Shown piece after piece: positions 55,801-63,867 of a DNA stretch of 64,000 nt. Under the pieces are notes generated by a model. That model ran no database searches, had not been told where the DNA came from, and saw only the letters and a list, made by a program, of their open reading frames with translations. Position 1 is the first letter of the stretch. Each line of letters starts with the position of its first letter. This DNA comes from Candidatus Hydrogenedens sp. (GTDB taxonomy: Bacteria; Hydrogenedentota; Hydrogenedentia; Hydrogenedentales; JAEUWI01): the NCBI GenBank assembly GCA_016125095.1, contig WGMK01000010.1:331336-395335 (forward strand), in the 5' to 3' direction. The position numbers and the translations under genes are program-made.

Positions 55801-57644
55801 CCGAAGTTGCTGAGGACCGCGTCGTACTCGGCTTTGTTGTTGTAGGAGTCGCCATCGATGTCGGCGGCGGGGGAGAAGGGCTGGATAAACTGACCCAGCA
55901 AGTCGATCGTAAAGGGCTGATAGGGCCGCGTCAGGTAGGCGCTCAGCTTGTTCTTGATCATGCTGTTCACGCTGGGATTCACCAGCAGCAGCGCCGCGAG
56001 CACGTTTTCCGAACTGCGCAATTGCGTGGAATACGCGGGTTCGGTCTTCAGCAGGTTGAGCGTTGCCTCGTATTGGCCGCGCAACTGCGGATACAGGGGA
56101 TGGCTTGGGCGGCACAGCACCTCGGCCAGCGGCGCGATTTCCCAGCTGTCGATCATGCCGTTCCCGTCGAAGTCCTTCAGCTCCCAGAAATCGCCGAACA
56201 GCAGATAGAGCGGCTGGCCCTGCCCGTCGATGCCGGGCAAAAGGGGACAGTCGCTGTCGAGATCGCCGCCGCCGCCTTCGCCCGTGCCGATGGTGTACCA
56301 AGCGCCTTGGATAAAGTCGTCCGCGCCCAGCCCGCCCAAGGGGTTCCACACGCCATCGTACACCGAGTCGTTGTCGATGAAGTCGATGCTCAGGCTGCCA
56401 TCGCCGGTGGACACGCTCGTCGTCACCACCCAGTCGCGGCCGCTGCCGCTCACGCTTAGAATCGCCGCGCCGGCCGCTGTGCCCTTTTCGTCGATTGCGA
56501 AGTCGCCCGCGTCCACCCCGGTCACGCCCTCGGTGAAGCGGACGTTGAAGGAGACCGTGCTATCGACCGGCGGGTCGGCGCTGCCGAGCGTGATCGATTC
56601 GCAGCGCGGCGGCACCGGGTCGCTGAACCAGGGGATGTACGCCTGATAGACCGCGTTCTCCATCAGGTAGATGTAGCCCTGCGGGCTCAGGTGAATGGGG
56701 TCCAGTTCGTTGCTGCCGGCCATCGCCTGGCGCGGACTCCACAGCCCGCGGTCGCCGCCGGGAAAATTGGCATAGCCGCCGCCCGGGCCGTCGGGCAGCC
56801 ACCCGGGATTCGCACCGACGTTCAGGCTCGGAATCCCAAAGCGCGCCATCATCGTGCCGAAGTTGTGCACGTAGCGCACCCGGTCCATTCCAAGCGCCAA
56901 GTCCTTCTTCAACCGCTCGAGTTCCACGAAGACATCGTTCACCTGTCGCTGATATCCTGCGATCTGCGCGGCTGTCGTGTAGTCGAACTGAAACAGGTCC
57001 GGGTTGAAGATCGGCACATGGATGCCGAAGGCCACGAGCGCGATTGCGGTCGGGTTTTCGATGCTCTTCACATAGGTGACGATGTCGAAGGGATTGAAGG
57101 GATTCGTCCAGGTATCGTAGGTGTAGCCTTCGGCGATGTTCAGGTAGTCGTAGCCGTTGATGACGCAACGGATGTTCGGCCGTACGCTCAAGCAGTGCTG
57201 GATGACATTGCGGATATGGTCGCGCGTGGCGGCGAGCAGGGCATTCGTATCGCCCTCGCTCATACCGATGGTCCAGTTTATGTTGACGTCGTTGCCGCCG
57301 AGGCTGATATGCACCACGTCGATCGTGGGGTAGGCATTCAGCATCGACGTGATTTCGTCCTTGAGCCCCGGCGTGTCCCAGCCCTCGGCCGTGGGGCTGT
57401 GCAGCGCGATATCGCCGACTTCCGTGAACTCGCCGCCCACCGCCTGCTTCACGTCGTTGCGCCCGAGCACCGAACGCAGCGCGGGCGGGTCCTGCTCGGC
57501 CCAGGGGAAATACGTCCAGCTATCGCCGACGTAGAGAATACGGGGTATCGGAGCCGCGTTCCCCGTTGCAGCGGGCAGCATTGCGCTGAGCACACAGGCC
57601 ACCACCGCCACGAAGTCACGGATTCGGTTACAGGAAGACTGCAT
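52818..57644 (-). CDS. Giant (~1608 aa) secreted protein: N-terminal SGNH/GDSL hydrolase-like domain, three or more ~150-aa internal repeat modules bracketed by DxDxDG calcium-loop-like motifs, EG-rich acidic linkers, C-terminal tandem dockerin-like repeat pair
   Basis: ATG at 57644 (MQSSCNRIRDFVAVVACVLSAMLPAATGNA signal peptide). ILYVGDSWT (GDS-W block I). Repeated modules starting DLDENGIVDY / DLDANGIADC / DLDENGIPDT and ending NGDADxDGxxNxxEY. Linkers GEGEAAVEGAVDGEGKPEG.. and EGEGHPAEGEGSVEGEEGETTLEGE. C-terminus DLDGNGKIDLAELLRLIQFYN ... LSELLRVVQFFNRG, homologous to the C-terminus of the 144..1577 protein. Confidence 0.7.
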   Translation of the reverse strand: MQSSCNRIRDFVAVVACVLSAMLPAATGNAAPIPRILYVGDSWTYFPWAEQDPPALRSVLGRNDVKQAVGGEFTEVGDIALHSPTAEGWDTPGLKDEITSMLNAYPTIDVVHISLGGNDVNINWTIGMSEGDTNALLAATRDHIRNVIQHCLSVRPNIRCVINGYDYLNIAEGYTYDTWTNPFNPFDIVTYVKSIENPTAIALVAFGIHVPIFNPDLFQFDYTTAAQIAGYQRQVNDVFVELERLKKDLALGMDRVRYVHNFGTMMARFGIPSLNVGANPGWLPDGPGGGYANFPGGDRGLWSPRQAMAGSNELDPIHLSPQGYIYLMENAVYQAYIPWFSDPVPPRCESITLGSADPPVDSTVSFNVRFTEGVTGVDAGDFAIDEKGTAAGAAILSVSGSGRDWVVTTSVSTGDGSLSIDFIDNDSVYDGVWNPLGGLGADDFIQGAWYTIGTGEGGGGDLDSDCPLLPGIDGQGQPLYLLFGDFWELKDFDGNGMIDSWEIAPLAEVLCRPSHPLYPQLRGQYEATLNLLKTEPAYSTQLRSSENVLAALLLVNPSVNSMIKNKLSAYLTRPYQPFTIDLLGQFIQPFSPAADIDGDSYNNKAEYDAVLSNFGNRDAYVDAVLTAACPEGILRGVEFARSIEYLYTKTITIPLTDPICLLCEDSYATDLDENGIVDYAQALLIDAVLWCADNPHYLEVGSAYLNNEVVVKGYLDELWDKLSQQYYGLPVEQGIGLVIDVGKVQRALVGLVTQGEPAGVAAMLAIFSELNTLLDEDKQIEVDATLFDTSAAPYVGALGDADDDGVCNLSEFNAVPRDLGGYVSFVANAMNPDVLANGGGCDGEENNNGEEPADCSGFLALLDAEGSALYAAIPGSDGWATEDLDANGIADCWEAALLAGATCAPDFAHYLGARKKYTGNLSRLQGDAQFKLIQEFQHVLAALMTVSQAHAEYFSKLLQLSGYYYPYRDSAPGGRQQLASGGDPDGDEMTNLFERNYVAGKGGTRADYVAAAMTPLGGNVDRCFDQCGPDGSGPCGPVDFDGKMAAVDRALEQFRSQLGGYSFDPSSSDINGGFSIEDEQIFPNGLLDSDEFALINYFLTQGGLGASQQVCEGWNNNKARMYADLGGPTGLVNAISPQLHEVLAAYMLLGDDDSVAIPVTATTEAAAVTDIDLGVTAVNPSNYTRLPALLAFNGDADNDGVSNADEYSCFRLRSRCCYLLAATDALLQPGPGLCIDPGDAEGEGEAAVEGAVDGEGKPEGAVDGEGATEGGGEGEPSCEIEGCDRDCAYAEGIDAGFEAAMRTIYANPLVGEDPDTADLDENGIPDTLHARLVDAVLADPDYHAYCCVRSAYETNLPLANEFATAVNTQQPLLFTLFPRATVVNAIAGLMTLGEEATIAIIVDALDSLPFSLPDLDLNDFDRTSERFLAWNGDADLDGACNLGEYNASLMAASPLPQFVPWALNADATANGGGCPCGGGTLEGEGHPAEGEGSVEGEEGETTLEGESAAEGEPQQHRHSADLDGNGKIDLAELLRLIQFYNAGGLHCSSGSEDAYAPGAGAKDGCAPHAADFQVQDWVIQLSELLRVVQFFNRGTIRWCGESEDGFCF

Positions 57645-57792
57645 TGAAGCACCCCAAGCGAAAAAAGACAGCCCACGACAGGGCTGTGGCCGGATACCCC
57701 CGCGACCGGCTTTTGCCCATATTCGCAGTATATCATGCTTCTTGAAGATTGCCAAGAGGGCGAAGGCGGCGCTTGACATTTTGTTTAGCTGA

Positions 57793-57819
57793 TTATAATA
57801 TCAGTAATTGTTTCGGGTG
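57793..57819 (+). promoter_or_regulatory. Near-consensus sigma70-type promoter (TTGACA - 15 nt - TATAAT) upstream of the DinB-family gene
   Basis: Sequence cgcTTGACAttttgtttagctgatTATAATatc seen directly. Sits ~55 nt upstream of the GAGGAG RBS and the ATG at 57876. The spacer is 15 nt (slightly short), so the call is tentative. Confidence 0.4.
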
Positions 57820-57875
57820 GCGCGTGTGCGTAACCAGAATACGGTCTGATAAAACCAACAGAGGAGATAGCGACC

Positions 57876-58370
57876 ATGGCGATGATCGATGGAATCTTGA
57901 TGGAATTCGATATGGAGTCGGCGACGACGCGGCGCGTGCTCGAGCGCGTTCCGGATGATCGCTGGTCGTACCAGCCGCACGCGAAGTCGATGACCCTGCA
58001 GGCCCTGGCCAGCCATATCGCCGACAACCCGGCGTGGGTCGGAAAGACGCTCAATCAGGATCAGTGGGTGATGGGGCCCTACGAGCCCTATACCGCGCAG
58101 TCGCAGGACGATTTGCTGAGTACCTTCGACGCGAACGTCGCCACGGCGCGGGAGATCATGGCGGGCACCAGCGACGACACGCTGCTGACGAACTGGCAGC
58201 TGGTCGATCCGGCCGGCAAGGTGATGTTTGAGGCCCCCAAGATCGGCGTCTTGCGGGGATTCATTCTGAGCCACACGATCCATCACCGCGGTCAGCTCAG
58301 CGTCTATCTGCGCCTCCTCGATGTACCGGTGCCGTCCATCTACGGGCCGTCTGCCGACGAGGGTATCTAG
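57876..58370 (+). CDS. DinB/YfiT-like (DinB_2) metal-dependent four-helix-bundle protein
   Basis: 164 aa with conserved His triad positions (ASHIADNPAW ... SHTIHHRGQLSVYLRLL) typical of the DinB_2 family. Good RBS. Confidence 0.65.
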   Translation: MAMIDGILMEFDMESATTRRVLERVPDDRWSYQPHAKSMTLQALASHIADNPAWVGKTLNQDQWVMGPYEPYTAQSQDDLLSTFDANVATAREIMAGTSDDTLLTNWQLVDPAGKVMFEAPKIGVLRGFILSHTIHHRGQLSVYLRLLDVPVPSIYGPSADEGI

Positions 58371-58417
58371 AGCGATAGCAATACTTAGCAGCGTGGCCGA
58401 GAGCGTTTTCGGCCGGC

Positions 58418-58455
58418 AATCCGGGTTGCGCGTGCACAAGCGCGCAACCCGGATT
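58418..58455 (+). terminator. Perfect 15-bp palindromic hairpin (AATCCGGGTTGCGCG-tgcacaag-CGCGCAACCCGGATT) 48 nt downstream of the DinB-family gene; probable transcription terminator or protein-binding palindrome
   Basis: Seen directly in sequence. The T run (ttttttag) lies ~25 nt downstream, which is atypical spacing for a classical intrinsic terminator. Confidence 0.4.
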
Positions 58456-58923
58456 CGTGTTGAAGTCTGCTTTAAGAGAATTTTTTAGAATCGCAACAGC
58501 AAGGTGCGGGAGATGGCGGTTATGCACATGAATTCCACAGGGTCCGGAGCGCGGCGCAGTTCAGGCATGCATAGTATCGTCATGCTCATAACTTGTTTAA
58601 TTACAGTTTGTTATGCGGGGTGTTGCTGAACCGTCGCCTTGGCTTGGGCGGATATGGAACAACCGGAAATCGATTTCTATCCCCACGCGGATTCGGACGG
58701 TCTTGACTCTCATAAAAACGTAACCAACGCCCCTCGAACCGTATGAATTCGATCGGATGGGCGCCCCTAAATTATTGCAAATCAAGGCCATGACGCGGAA
58801 TACTCTGCGCATGAAATTTTTCCTTGACATTCCCCCACAGAATTTATCCAGCGCCACGGCGCACGGTTATAGGAAAATGTTGACAGGAAATCTCCGGCAG
58901 GGTTGCGGCATGGATATCGCCGT

Positions 58924-59475
58924 ATGCGGGTAATTGCAGGGAGCGCGCGGGGCACCAAGTTGTTCTCGCCCGAGGGCAATGCCATCCGTCCGACGCTGGA
59001 TCGCGTCCGCGAGGCCTTGTTCAACATGCTCGGGCCGAGTCTCGAAGATGCCCGCTTCCTGGATCTCTTCGCGGGGACCGGCGCGAACGGCATCGAGGCC
59101 CTCAGCCGGGGGGCGGCCGAGTGTGTTTTTGTAGATCTCTCGCGCGACGCGCACCGGATTCAGCGCGAGAACCTGCTCAAGACCCGGCTCGCGGCGGACG
59201 CCCAGACCCTGACGCTGGAATTGCCGCGCGATATTGCCCGGATTCCAGGGGATTTCGATCTCATTTTCGCGGATCCGCCCTACGATTACGCACACTATCC
59301 AGCGCTGCTCGAAGCCGCCGGCCAGCGGCTCCTGCGGCCGGGGGGAAGCTTTGTCATCGAACACCAGCGCCGGGTAGAACTACCGGATAACGCCGGTGGC
59401 CTCGTACGGACCAAGTTCAAGCACTACGGCGACGTGGCCTTGAGCGTGTACGAGCACCCGGAATCCGCCGGATAA
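58924..59475 (+). CDS. rsmD: 16S rRNA (guanine966-N2)-methyltransferase
   Basis: ATG at 58924 (MRVIAGSARGTKL...). Motifs FLDLFAGTGANGIEALSRGA, DPPY, and size are typical of RsmD. Confidence 0.75.
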   Translation: MRVIAGSARGTKLFSPEGNAIRPTLDRVREALFNMLGPSLEDARFLDLFAGTGANGIEALSRGAAECVFVDLSRDAHRIQRENLLKTRLAADAQTLTLELPRDIARIPGDFDLIFADPPYDYAHYPALLEAAGQRLLRPGGSFVIEHQRRVELPDNAGGLVRTKFKHYGDVALSVYEHPESAG

Positions 59476-59545
59476 CTGGCAGCGGACCTCCGTCGCGCGG
59501 TACACTTGCGGCCAATTCCCTTTCTTTCCGCACGGAGATTGTATC

Positions 59546-59932
59546 TTGGAGGCCCTGGTCCGATTCCGTCTGATGGTAGTCCGTTGGTCGCTGGTGCTCG
59601 TGGCGCTGGCGGCGGCGGGGTGTTATCTATGGGAAAAAAAAGTGGGGCTCGGCCTGGCGATGGGGGGGCTCGGGGGCGTCTTGGCTTTCTGGATTTTAGC
59701 CCGCCGCGTAGAAAAATTTGCGCAGGTTACGCCCGCTCAAGTACACTCCGAGGCCGTGAAGGGGATGGTACTCCGCATGGCGGTGTACGGGGTCGTTCTG
59801 TGGCGGGCTTGGTCACTCGATCCCGTCGGGCGGTTGCCCCTCTTCGCGGCCGTGGCAGGCATTCTGATTCCCCGCTTGGTCCTCTATTTTCTGGCACTTA
59901 CCAATATCGATCTAGGCAAAAAGCACAGTTAA
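59546..59932 (+). CDS. atpI: Small 4-TM membrane protein, ATP synthase protein I/AtpZ-like
   Basis: TTG start per ORF track (alternative ATG 9 codons in). Hydrophobic 128-aa protein immediately upstream of atpB, with its stop overlapping the atpB start (TAAATG). Confidence 0.5.
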   Translation: MEALVRFRLMVVRWSLVLVALAAAGCYLWEKKVGLGLAMGGLGGVLAFWILARRVEKFAQVTPAQVHSEAVKGMVLRMAVYGVVLWRAWSLDPVGRLPLFAAVAGILIPRLVLYFLALTNIDLGKKHS

Positions 59933-60691
59933 ATGGAACATATCGGTAACAGGCTGGTCTGGTATTTCATCCCGTTCACGGATATCGAGATTCCGATGGG
60001 CGGGCTCAATGTGCTCACCGTTTTCAATACCCTTGTGGTCATGGCGGTGTTGTTTTTCCTTTGCCGTCTGGGTGTGCGCCGCTTCGCGCTCGAGCCCACG
60101 CGCGGCCAGTACATGGTCGAGCTGATCACGGGCGTCTTCGACAACCTGGTCATCGCCTCGCTCGAACTCGAGACCAAGGAAAAGAACCGCAAGTTTTTCT
60201 TCCTCATCGCCTCGCTCTTTCTCTTCCTGCTGCTCTCGAACTTCATGAGCTTCCTGCCCACGCACTATTTCGAGGAGCCGACGGCGGACATCAACTGCAC
60301 GATGGGCCTGGGGCTCATGGGCATGGCCATCGCCACCTATTGCGCCATCAAGGCCAAGGGCGGCATCGGCTACGTCGAGGAGCTGCTGGGACCGCTCTGG
60401 CATCAGGAAGACGCCACGGGCGGCGCGGCCATCGCGGGCAAGCTCTCGGCGCTGTTCTTCTTTCCGCTGAACATCATCGGCGAAATCGCCAAAGTCATCT
60501 CCATTTCCTTCCGTTTGTTCGGCAATATCACCGGCGGCGGCATCATCATCATCGTGATTTCCCACCTCGTGTGGAACTTCAGCGTGCTGTCCATCGGCAT
60601 GGACCTGTTCTTCATCTTCTTCGTCGGCACGGTGCAGGCCTTCGTGTTCACCATGCTGACGCTGACCTATATCTCGGTCGCCATCAAGTAG
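59933..60691 (+). CDS. atpB: F0F1 ATP synthase subunit a
   Basis: Conserved stator Arg in ISISFRLFGNITGGG; 5-6 TM helices; 252 aa. Confidence 0.85.
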   Translation: MEHIGNRLVWYFIPFTDIEIPMGGLNVLTVFNTLVVMAVLFFLCRLGVRRFALEPTRGQYMVELITGVFDNLVIASLELETKEKNRKFFFLIASLFLFLLLSNFMSFLPTHYFEEPTADINCTMGLGLMGMAIATYCAIKAKGGIGYVEELLGPLWHQEDATGGAAIAGKLSALFFFPLNIIGEIAKVISISFRLFGNITGGGIIIIVISHLVWNFSVLSIGMDLFFIFFVGTVQAFVFTMLTLTYISVAIK

Positions 60692-60707
60692 GCGCCGCGG
60701 GGGCATC

Positions 60708-61691
60708 GTGATCGAACTCGAACCACATCAATGGGAAATGCTCGGCCGCTATCTCGGCGCGGGCATCGCGCTGGGCATGGGCGGCCTGGGCGCCGCGCTG
60801 GGCATGGGCAATGCCGCCGGCGCCGCGTCGAACGCCATGATGCGCCAGCCCACCCAGCAGGGCGAACTCCGCCGCACCATGCTCATCGGCCAGGCCATCA
60901 CGGGCGACGCCTCGATCTTCGCCCTTGTGGTCGGCCTGTTCATCCTGTTTTTCCCGGCCGTACAGCCGGAAGAAGTGGGCGGTAACTTTTTCGCCGCCAT
61001 GACCGGCGCGGGCATCGCGATCGGCTTCGGCGCCTTCGGCAGCGGCTTCGGCTGCGGTTTCGCCGCGGCCAACGCCTGCGCAGGCGTCGCGCGCAATCCC
61101 CGCCGCGCGGGCCAGACCACGCAGTCGATGATCATCGGCCAGGCGGTGGCGCAGTCGCCCAGCATCTTCGCGCTTGTGGTTGCGCTCATTCTGATTATCC
61201 GCCAGGCCCCCGGCACCGACCTCGCCACGATGGGCGTGTGCATCGGCGCGGGCATCGCGATGGGCGTCAGCGCCATCGGTTCGGGTATGGGCTCGGGCCA
61301 GACCGCCGGCGGCGCCGTGCTCGGCCTCAGCCGCTGGCCGCGCTCCTACGGCGTCACGCTGCGTACGATGCTGATCGGCCAGGCCGTCTGCGAAACGCCG
61401 GCCATCTTCGGCATGCTCGTGGCCTTCATCATGATGTTTGCCATGCAGGACATCCCCGAGGGCATCCTGGGCTTCGCGCACATGCTGGCGGCGGGCATCG
61501 CGGTTGGCTTCGGCGGCATCGGGCCGGGCATCGGCTCGGGGCTTACCTCGGGTCCGGCCTGCGTGATGGCGGCCACGTATCCGCGCCGCGACACGCTCAT
61601 TCTCCGCACGATGCTGATCGGCCAGGCCGTGGCGCAGTCCACCGCCATCTACGCCCTGATCATCGCGCTGGCGATTCTCTACGTCGTCTAG
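60708..61691 (+). CDS. atpE: Fused quadruple-hairpin ATP synthase c subunit (four tandem c-subunit repeats in one 327-aa polypeptide, 8 predicted TM helices)
   Basis: Four ~80-aa repeats, each with a GxGxGxG helix-1 ([12 protein letters not shown] / [12 protein letters not shown] / [12 protein letters not shown] / [12 protein letters not shown]), an R(Q/N/W)P-type polar loop, and a helix-2 TMLIGQA... At the conserved ion-binding Glu position: repeat 1 has Gly with Asp one residue later (ITGDAS), repeat 2 Gln (AQSPS), repeat 3 Glu (CETPA), repeat 4 Gln (AQSTA). Nucleotide-level repeats of atgctgatcggccaggccgt. No internal stops. GTG start (alternative ATG at 60738). Confidence 0.75.
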   Translation: MIELEPHQWEMLGRYLGAGIALGMGGLGAALGMGNAAGAASNAMMRQPTQQGELRRTMLIGQAITGDASIFALVVGLFILFFPAVQPEEVGGNFFAAMTGAGIAIGFGAFGSGFGCGFAAANACAGVARNPRRAGQTTQSMIIGQAVAQSPSIFALVVALILIIRQAPGTDLATMGVCIGAGIAMGVSAIGSGMGSGQTAGGAVLGLSRWPRSYGVTLRTMLIGQAVCETPAIFGMLVAFIMMFAMQDIPEGILGFAHMLAAGIAVGFGGIGPGIGSGLTSGPACVMAATYPRRDTLILRTMLIGQAVAQSTAIYALIIALAILYVV

Positions 61692-61747
61692 GCGGCGCGG
61701 GCAACACATACGGTAACAAGGCGCCTGGGGCGCAGAAGGATAGGAAC

Positions 61748-62071
61748 ATGGACGCGACAACGATGCTGATGATGATGGAAACCGTTGTCACGCAGGTGCC
61801 GCAGAAGGCGGCGGCCGCGGGCGTGACCGGTGCGGATCTGGTGAAGGCCGGCGCGCTGATCGGCGCGGGTATCTGCATGGGCTTCGGCGCCATCGGGCCG
61901 GGCGTGGGCGAAGGCTACGCCGCGGGCAAGGCCTGCGAATCCGTGGGGCGCGCCCCGCAGGAAGCCGGCCTGCTGACCCGCACCATGCTGATCGGCCAGG
62001 CCGTGGCGGAATCGACGGGCATCTACTCGCTCGTTATCGCCCTGCTCATGCTGTTCGTGGTGGGTGGCTGA
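61748..62071 (+). CDS. atpE: F0F1 ATP synthase subunit c (monomeric, single hairpin) with a Na+-type two-carboxylate ion-binding motif
   Basis: Helix-2 [23 protein letters not shown] is almost identical to the Ilyobacter tartaricus Na+-binding c subunit (E65-S66-T67...Y70 equivalents). Helix-1 [13 protein letters not shown] has Glu at the Q32-equivalent position, the two-carboxylate arrangement described for the Fusobacterium nucleatum c-ring. RBS AAGGA upstream. Confidence 0.8.
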   Translation: MDATTMLMMMETVVTQVPQKAAAAGVTGADLVKAGALIGAGICMGFGAIGPGVGEGYAAGKACESVGRAPQEAGLLTRTMLIGQAVAESTGIYSLVIALLMLFVVGG

Positions 62072-62114
62072 ACCTCCGGTACTGAAATCGCAATCGCAAG
62101 GCGGAAGCTGACCC

Positions 62115-62546
62115 TTGGTCAATCTTAACTTCACCATAATCGTCGAGACAGGACTGTTCCTCGTGTTCCTGTGGCTCATGTACGCGTTCGTGCTGCGACC
62201 GCTGCTGAAAGTCATGGATGCGCGCGAGGCGCAGTTGACCGGCGACGAGACGGCGGCGGCGAAGCTGGAGCAGGATTGCGAAGATACCGAGCGGCTGTAC
62301 CGCGTGTCGCTGGCGGCGATTCACCAGCGCGGCTCGATGCGTGTGGCCGAGGCCAAGCGCGAAGAGCAGGCCCGCCACAACGAGCAGGTGCACGCGCTGA
62401 AGGCCGAGGGCGCCGAGCGCATGTCCGTGCTGCTCAAGGAAATGCGCGAGCAGGTGCGCCAGCAGCGCGCCGCTTCGGACGCCGTGGTGGCCGACATCAA
62501 GATGGCCCTGTCCGACAAGCTCGGCTCCGGAAAGGGGGTTCAGTAA
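62115..62546 (+). CDS. atpF2: F0F1 ATP synthase subunit b' (second b-type stator stalk subunit)
   Basis: Single N-terminal TM helix (IIVETGLFLVFLWLMYAFVLRPL), then a long charged coiled-coil helix. Stop overlaps the atpF start (TAATG). Confidence 0.6.
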   Translation: MVNLNFTIIVETGLFLVFLWLMYAFVLRPLLKVMDAREAQLTGDETAAAKLEQDCEDTERLYRVSLAAIHQRGSMRVAEAKREEQARHNEQVHALKAEGAERMSVLLKEMREQVRQQRAASDAVVADIKMALSDKLGSGKGVQ

Positions 62547-63325
62547 TGTTCCGCATCGCCCCCAAGCCCTTCCTGCTCGGCCTGTTCAGCTTGGCCTTCG
62601 TGGGCTGGCTCATCGGCAATAGCATCTGGGGCTTCCCGGGGCTCAGTGCCGAGTACCTCGAGGCCCATAAGCACGAGCACGAGCACTACCTCGAGGTGGT
62701 GAAGAGCGACGACTATAAGCGCTATATCCAGCGCCCGCACCTCTTCGACATGTCGAAGGCGCACGATCATCACTTCGAGGCGAGCGTTAAGTTCATCGAA
62801 GAATACGAGAAGAACCCCGAGCTGGTGGCGGAAGAGGCGCGCCTCGCGAAGCGCGGCCTGTATTTCGATTTCTTCAACGCCACGCTGGTCGTGGTGCTGT
62901 TTATCCGATTCGGTTGGCCGCCGCTCATGCGCTTCCTCGACAGCAGCATCGCCGAGAAGGTGGAGCGCATGCACGCCGCCAAGGCGGCACGCGCCGAGGC
63001 GGCCGGACGGCTCGACGGCCTGCAGTCGAAGGTAAAAGAATTGCCCGAGGCGGAGGCGCGCGCGACCGAGGAATCCGAGGCCGCCATCGAGCGCCTGCGC
63101 GAAGAAGCCCGGGTGCGTAATGAAGAGCGCCTCGAGGAAGTGCGCCGCGAATTGGCCGACCAGGAAGCGGGTGCCGTGGCCGCAGCGGAGCGCCGCCTGC
63201 GCCGCGAGCTTTTCGACAAGGCTGCGCGCGAGTTCGAGGAAGAGCTGCGTAAGAATCCCCCCGAGTACGCCCGAGGCGGGCTGGTGGACGCGTTCGCGGC
63301 CGCCCTGGAAGGGAAGCGGCTATGA
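62546..63325 (+). CDS. atpF: F0F1 ATP synthase subunit b with ~100-aa N-terminal extension (extra TM helix plus His-rich segment)
   Basis: ATG at 62546 (MFRIAPKPFLLGLFSLAFVGWLIG). The canonical b TM helix LVVVLFIRFGWPPLMRFLD is preceded by an extra TM and a His-rich stretch (HKHEHEHYL...HDHHFE). C-terminal coiled-coil Ala/Glu/Arg-rich helix. Confidence 0.65.
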   Translation: MFRIAPKPFLLGLFSLAFVGWLIGNSIWGFPGLSAEYLEAHKHEHEHYLEVVKSDDYKRYIQRPHLFDMSKAHDHHFEASVKFIEEYEKNPELVAEEARLAKRGLYFDFFNATLVVVLFIRFGWPPLMRFLDSSIAEKVERMHAAKAARAEAAGRLDGLQSKVKELPEAEARATEESEAAIERLREEARVRNEERLEEVRRELADQEAGAVAAAERRLRRELFDKAAREFEEELRKNPPEYARGGLVDAFAAALEGKRL

Positions 63326-63867
63326 GAAATTACCTGCTGGCAGAGCGCTATGCGCGCGGGCTATCGGTGAGCCTTCCGGACACCGACGCCATGAAGCTCG
63401 CCTGCGAGGGCCTCGAGACGGTTGCCGAACTGTTTGAAACCCATCACGACTTCCGCCGTCTCATCATGAATCCCTCGATTCCGCTGACCAAGCGGCTCGA
63501 GGTGGTCTCCGAAATTCTCGACAAGAGCGGCATCGCCGTGGAAGAGGTCAAGCGCCTGTTCCGCGAACTGCTCCGCCGCGGCCGCGTGCCGCTGCTTCCC
63601 GACGTGGCGGTGGTGTTCAGCCAGCTGCTCGACGCGCGCCTGAACCAGACCCAGGCGCGGGTGCGTTCGGCGGCGGCGCTCGACGATGCCCAGAAGGCCC
63701 GCGTGACGGCCGCGCTCGAGGCCTTTACCGGCAAAGAGATTCATGCCGTGTACTCCGTGGATCCGCGCCTGCTCGGCGGCGTGCGCGCCGAGGTGAGCGG
63801 CGTGGTGATCGACGGCACGATACGTTCCCAGATTCGACGTCTCCGCGATGCGATTCTCGCGGATTAA
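63322..63867 (+). CDS. atpH: F0F1 ATP synthase subunit delta (OSCP)
   Basis: MRNYLLAERYARGL N-terminus and C-terminal VYSVDPRLLGGVRAEVSGVVIDGTIRSQIRRL are typical of subunit delta. Overlaps the atpF stop (ATGA). Confidence 0.75.
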   Translation: MRNYLLAERYARGLSVSLPDTDAMKLACEGLETVAELFETHHDFRRLIMNPSIPLTKRLEVVSEILDKSGIAVEEVKRLFRELLRRGRVPLLPDVAVVFSQLLDARLNQTQARVRSAAALDDAQKARVTAALEAFTGKEIHAVYSVDPRLLGGVRAEVSGVVIDGTIRSQIRRLRDAILAD

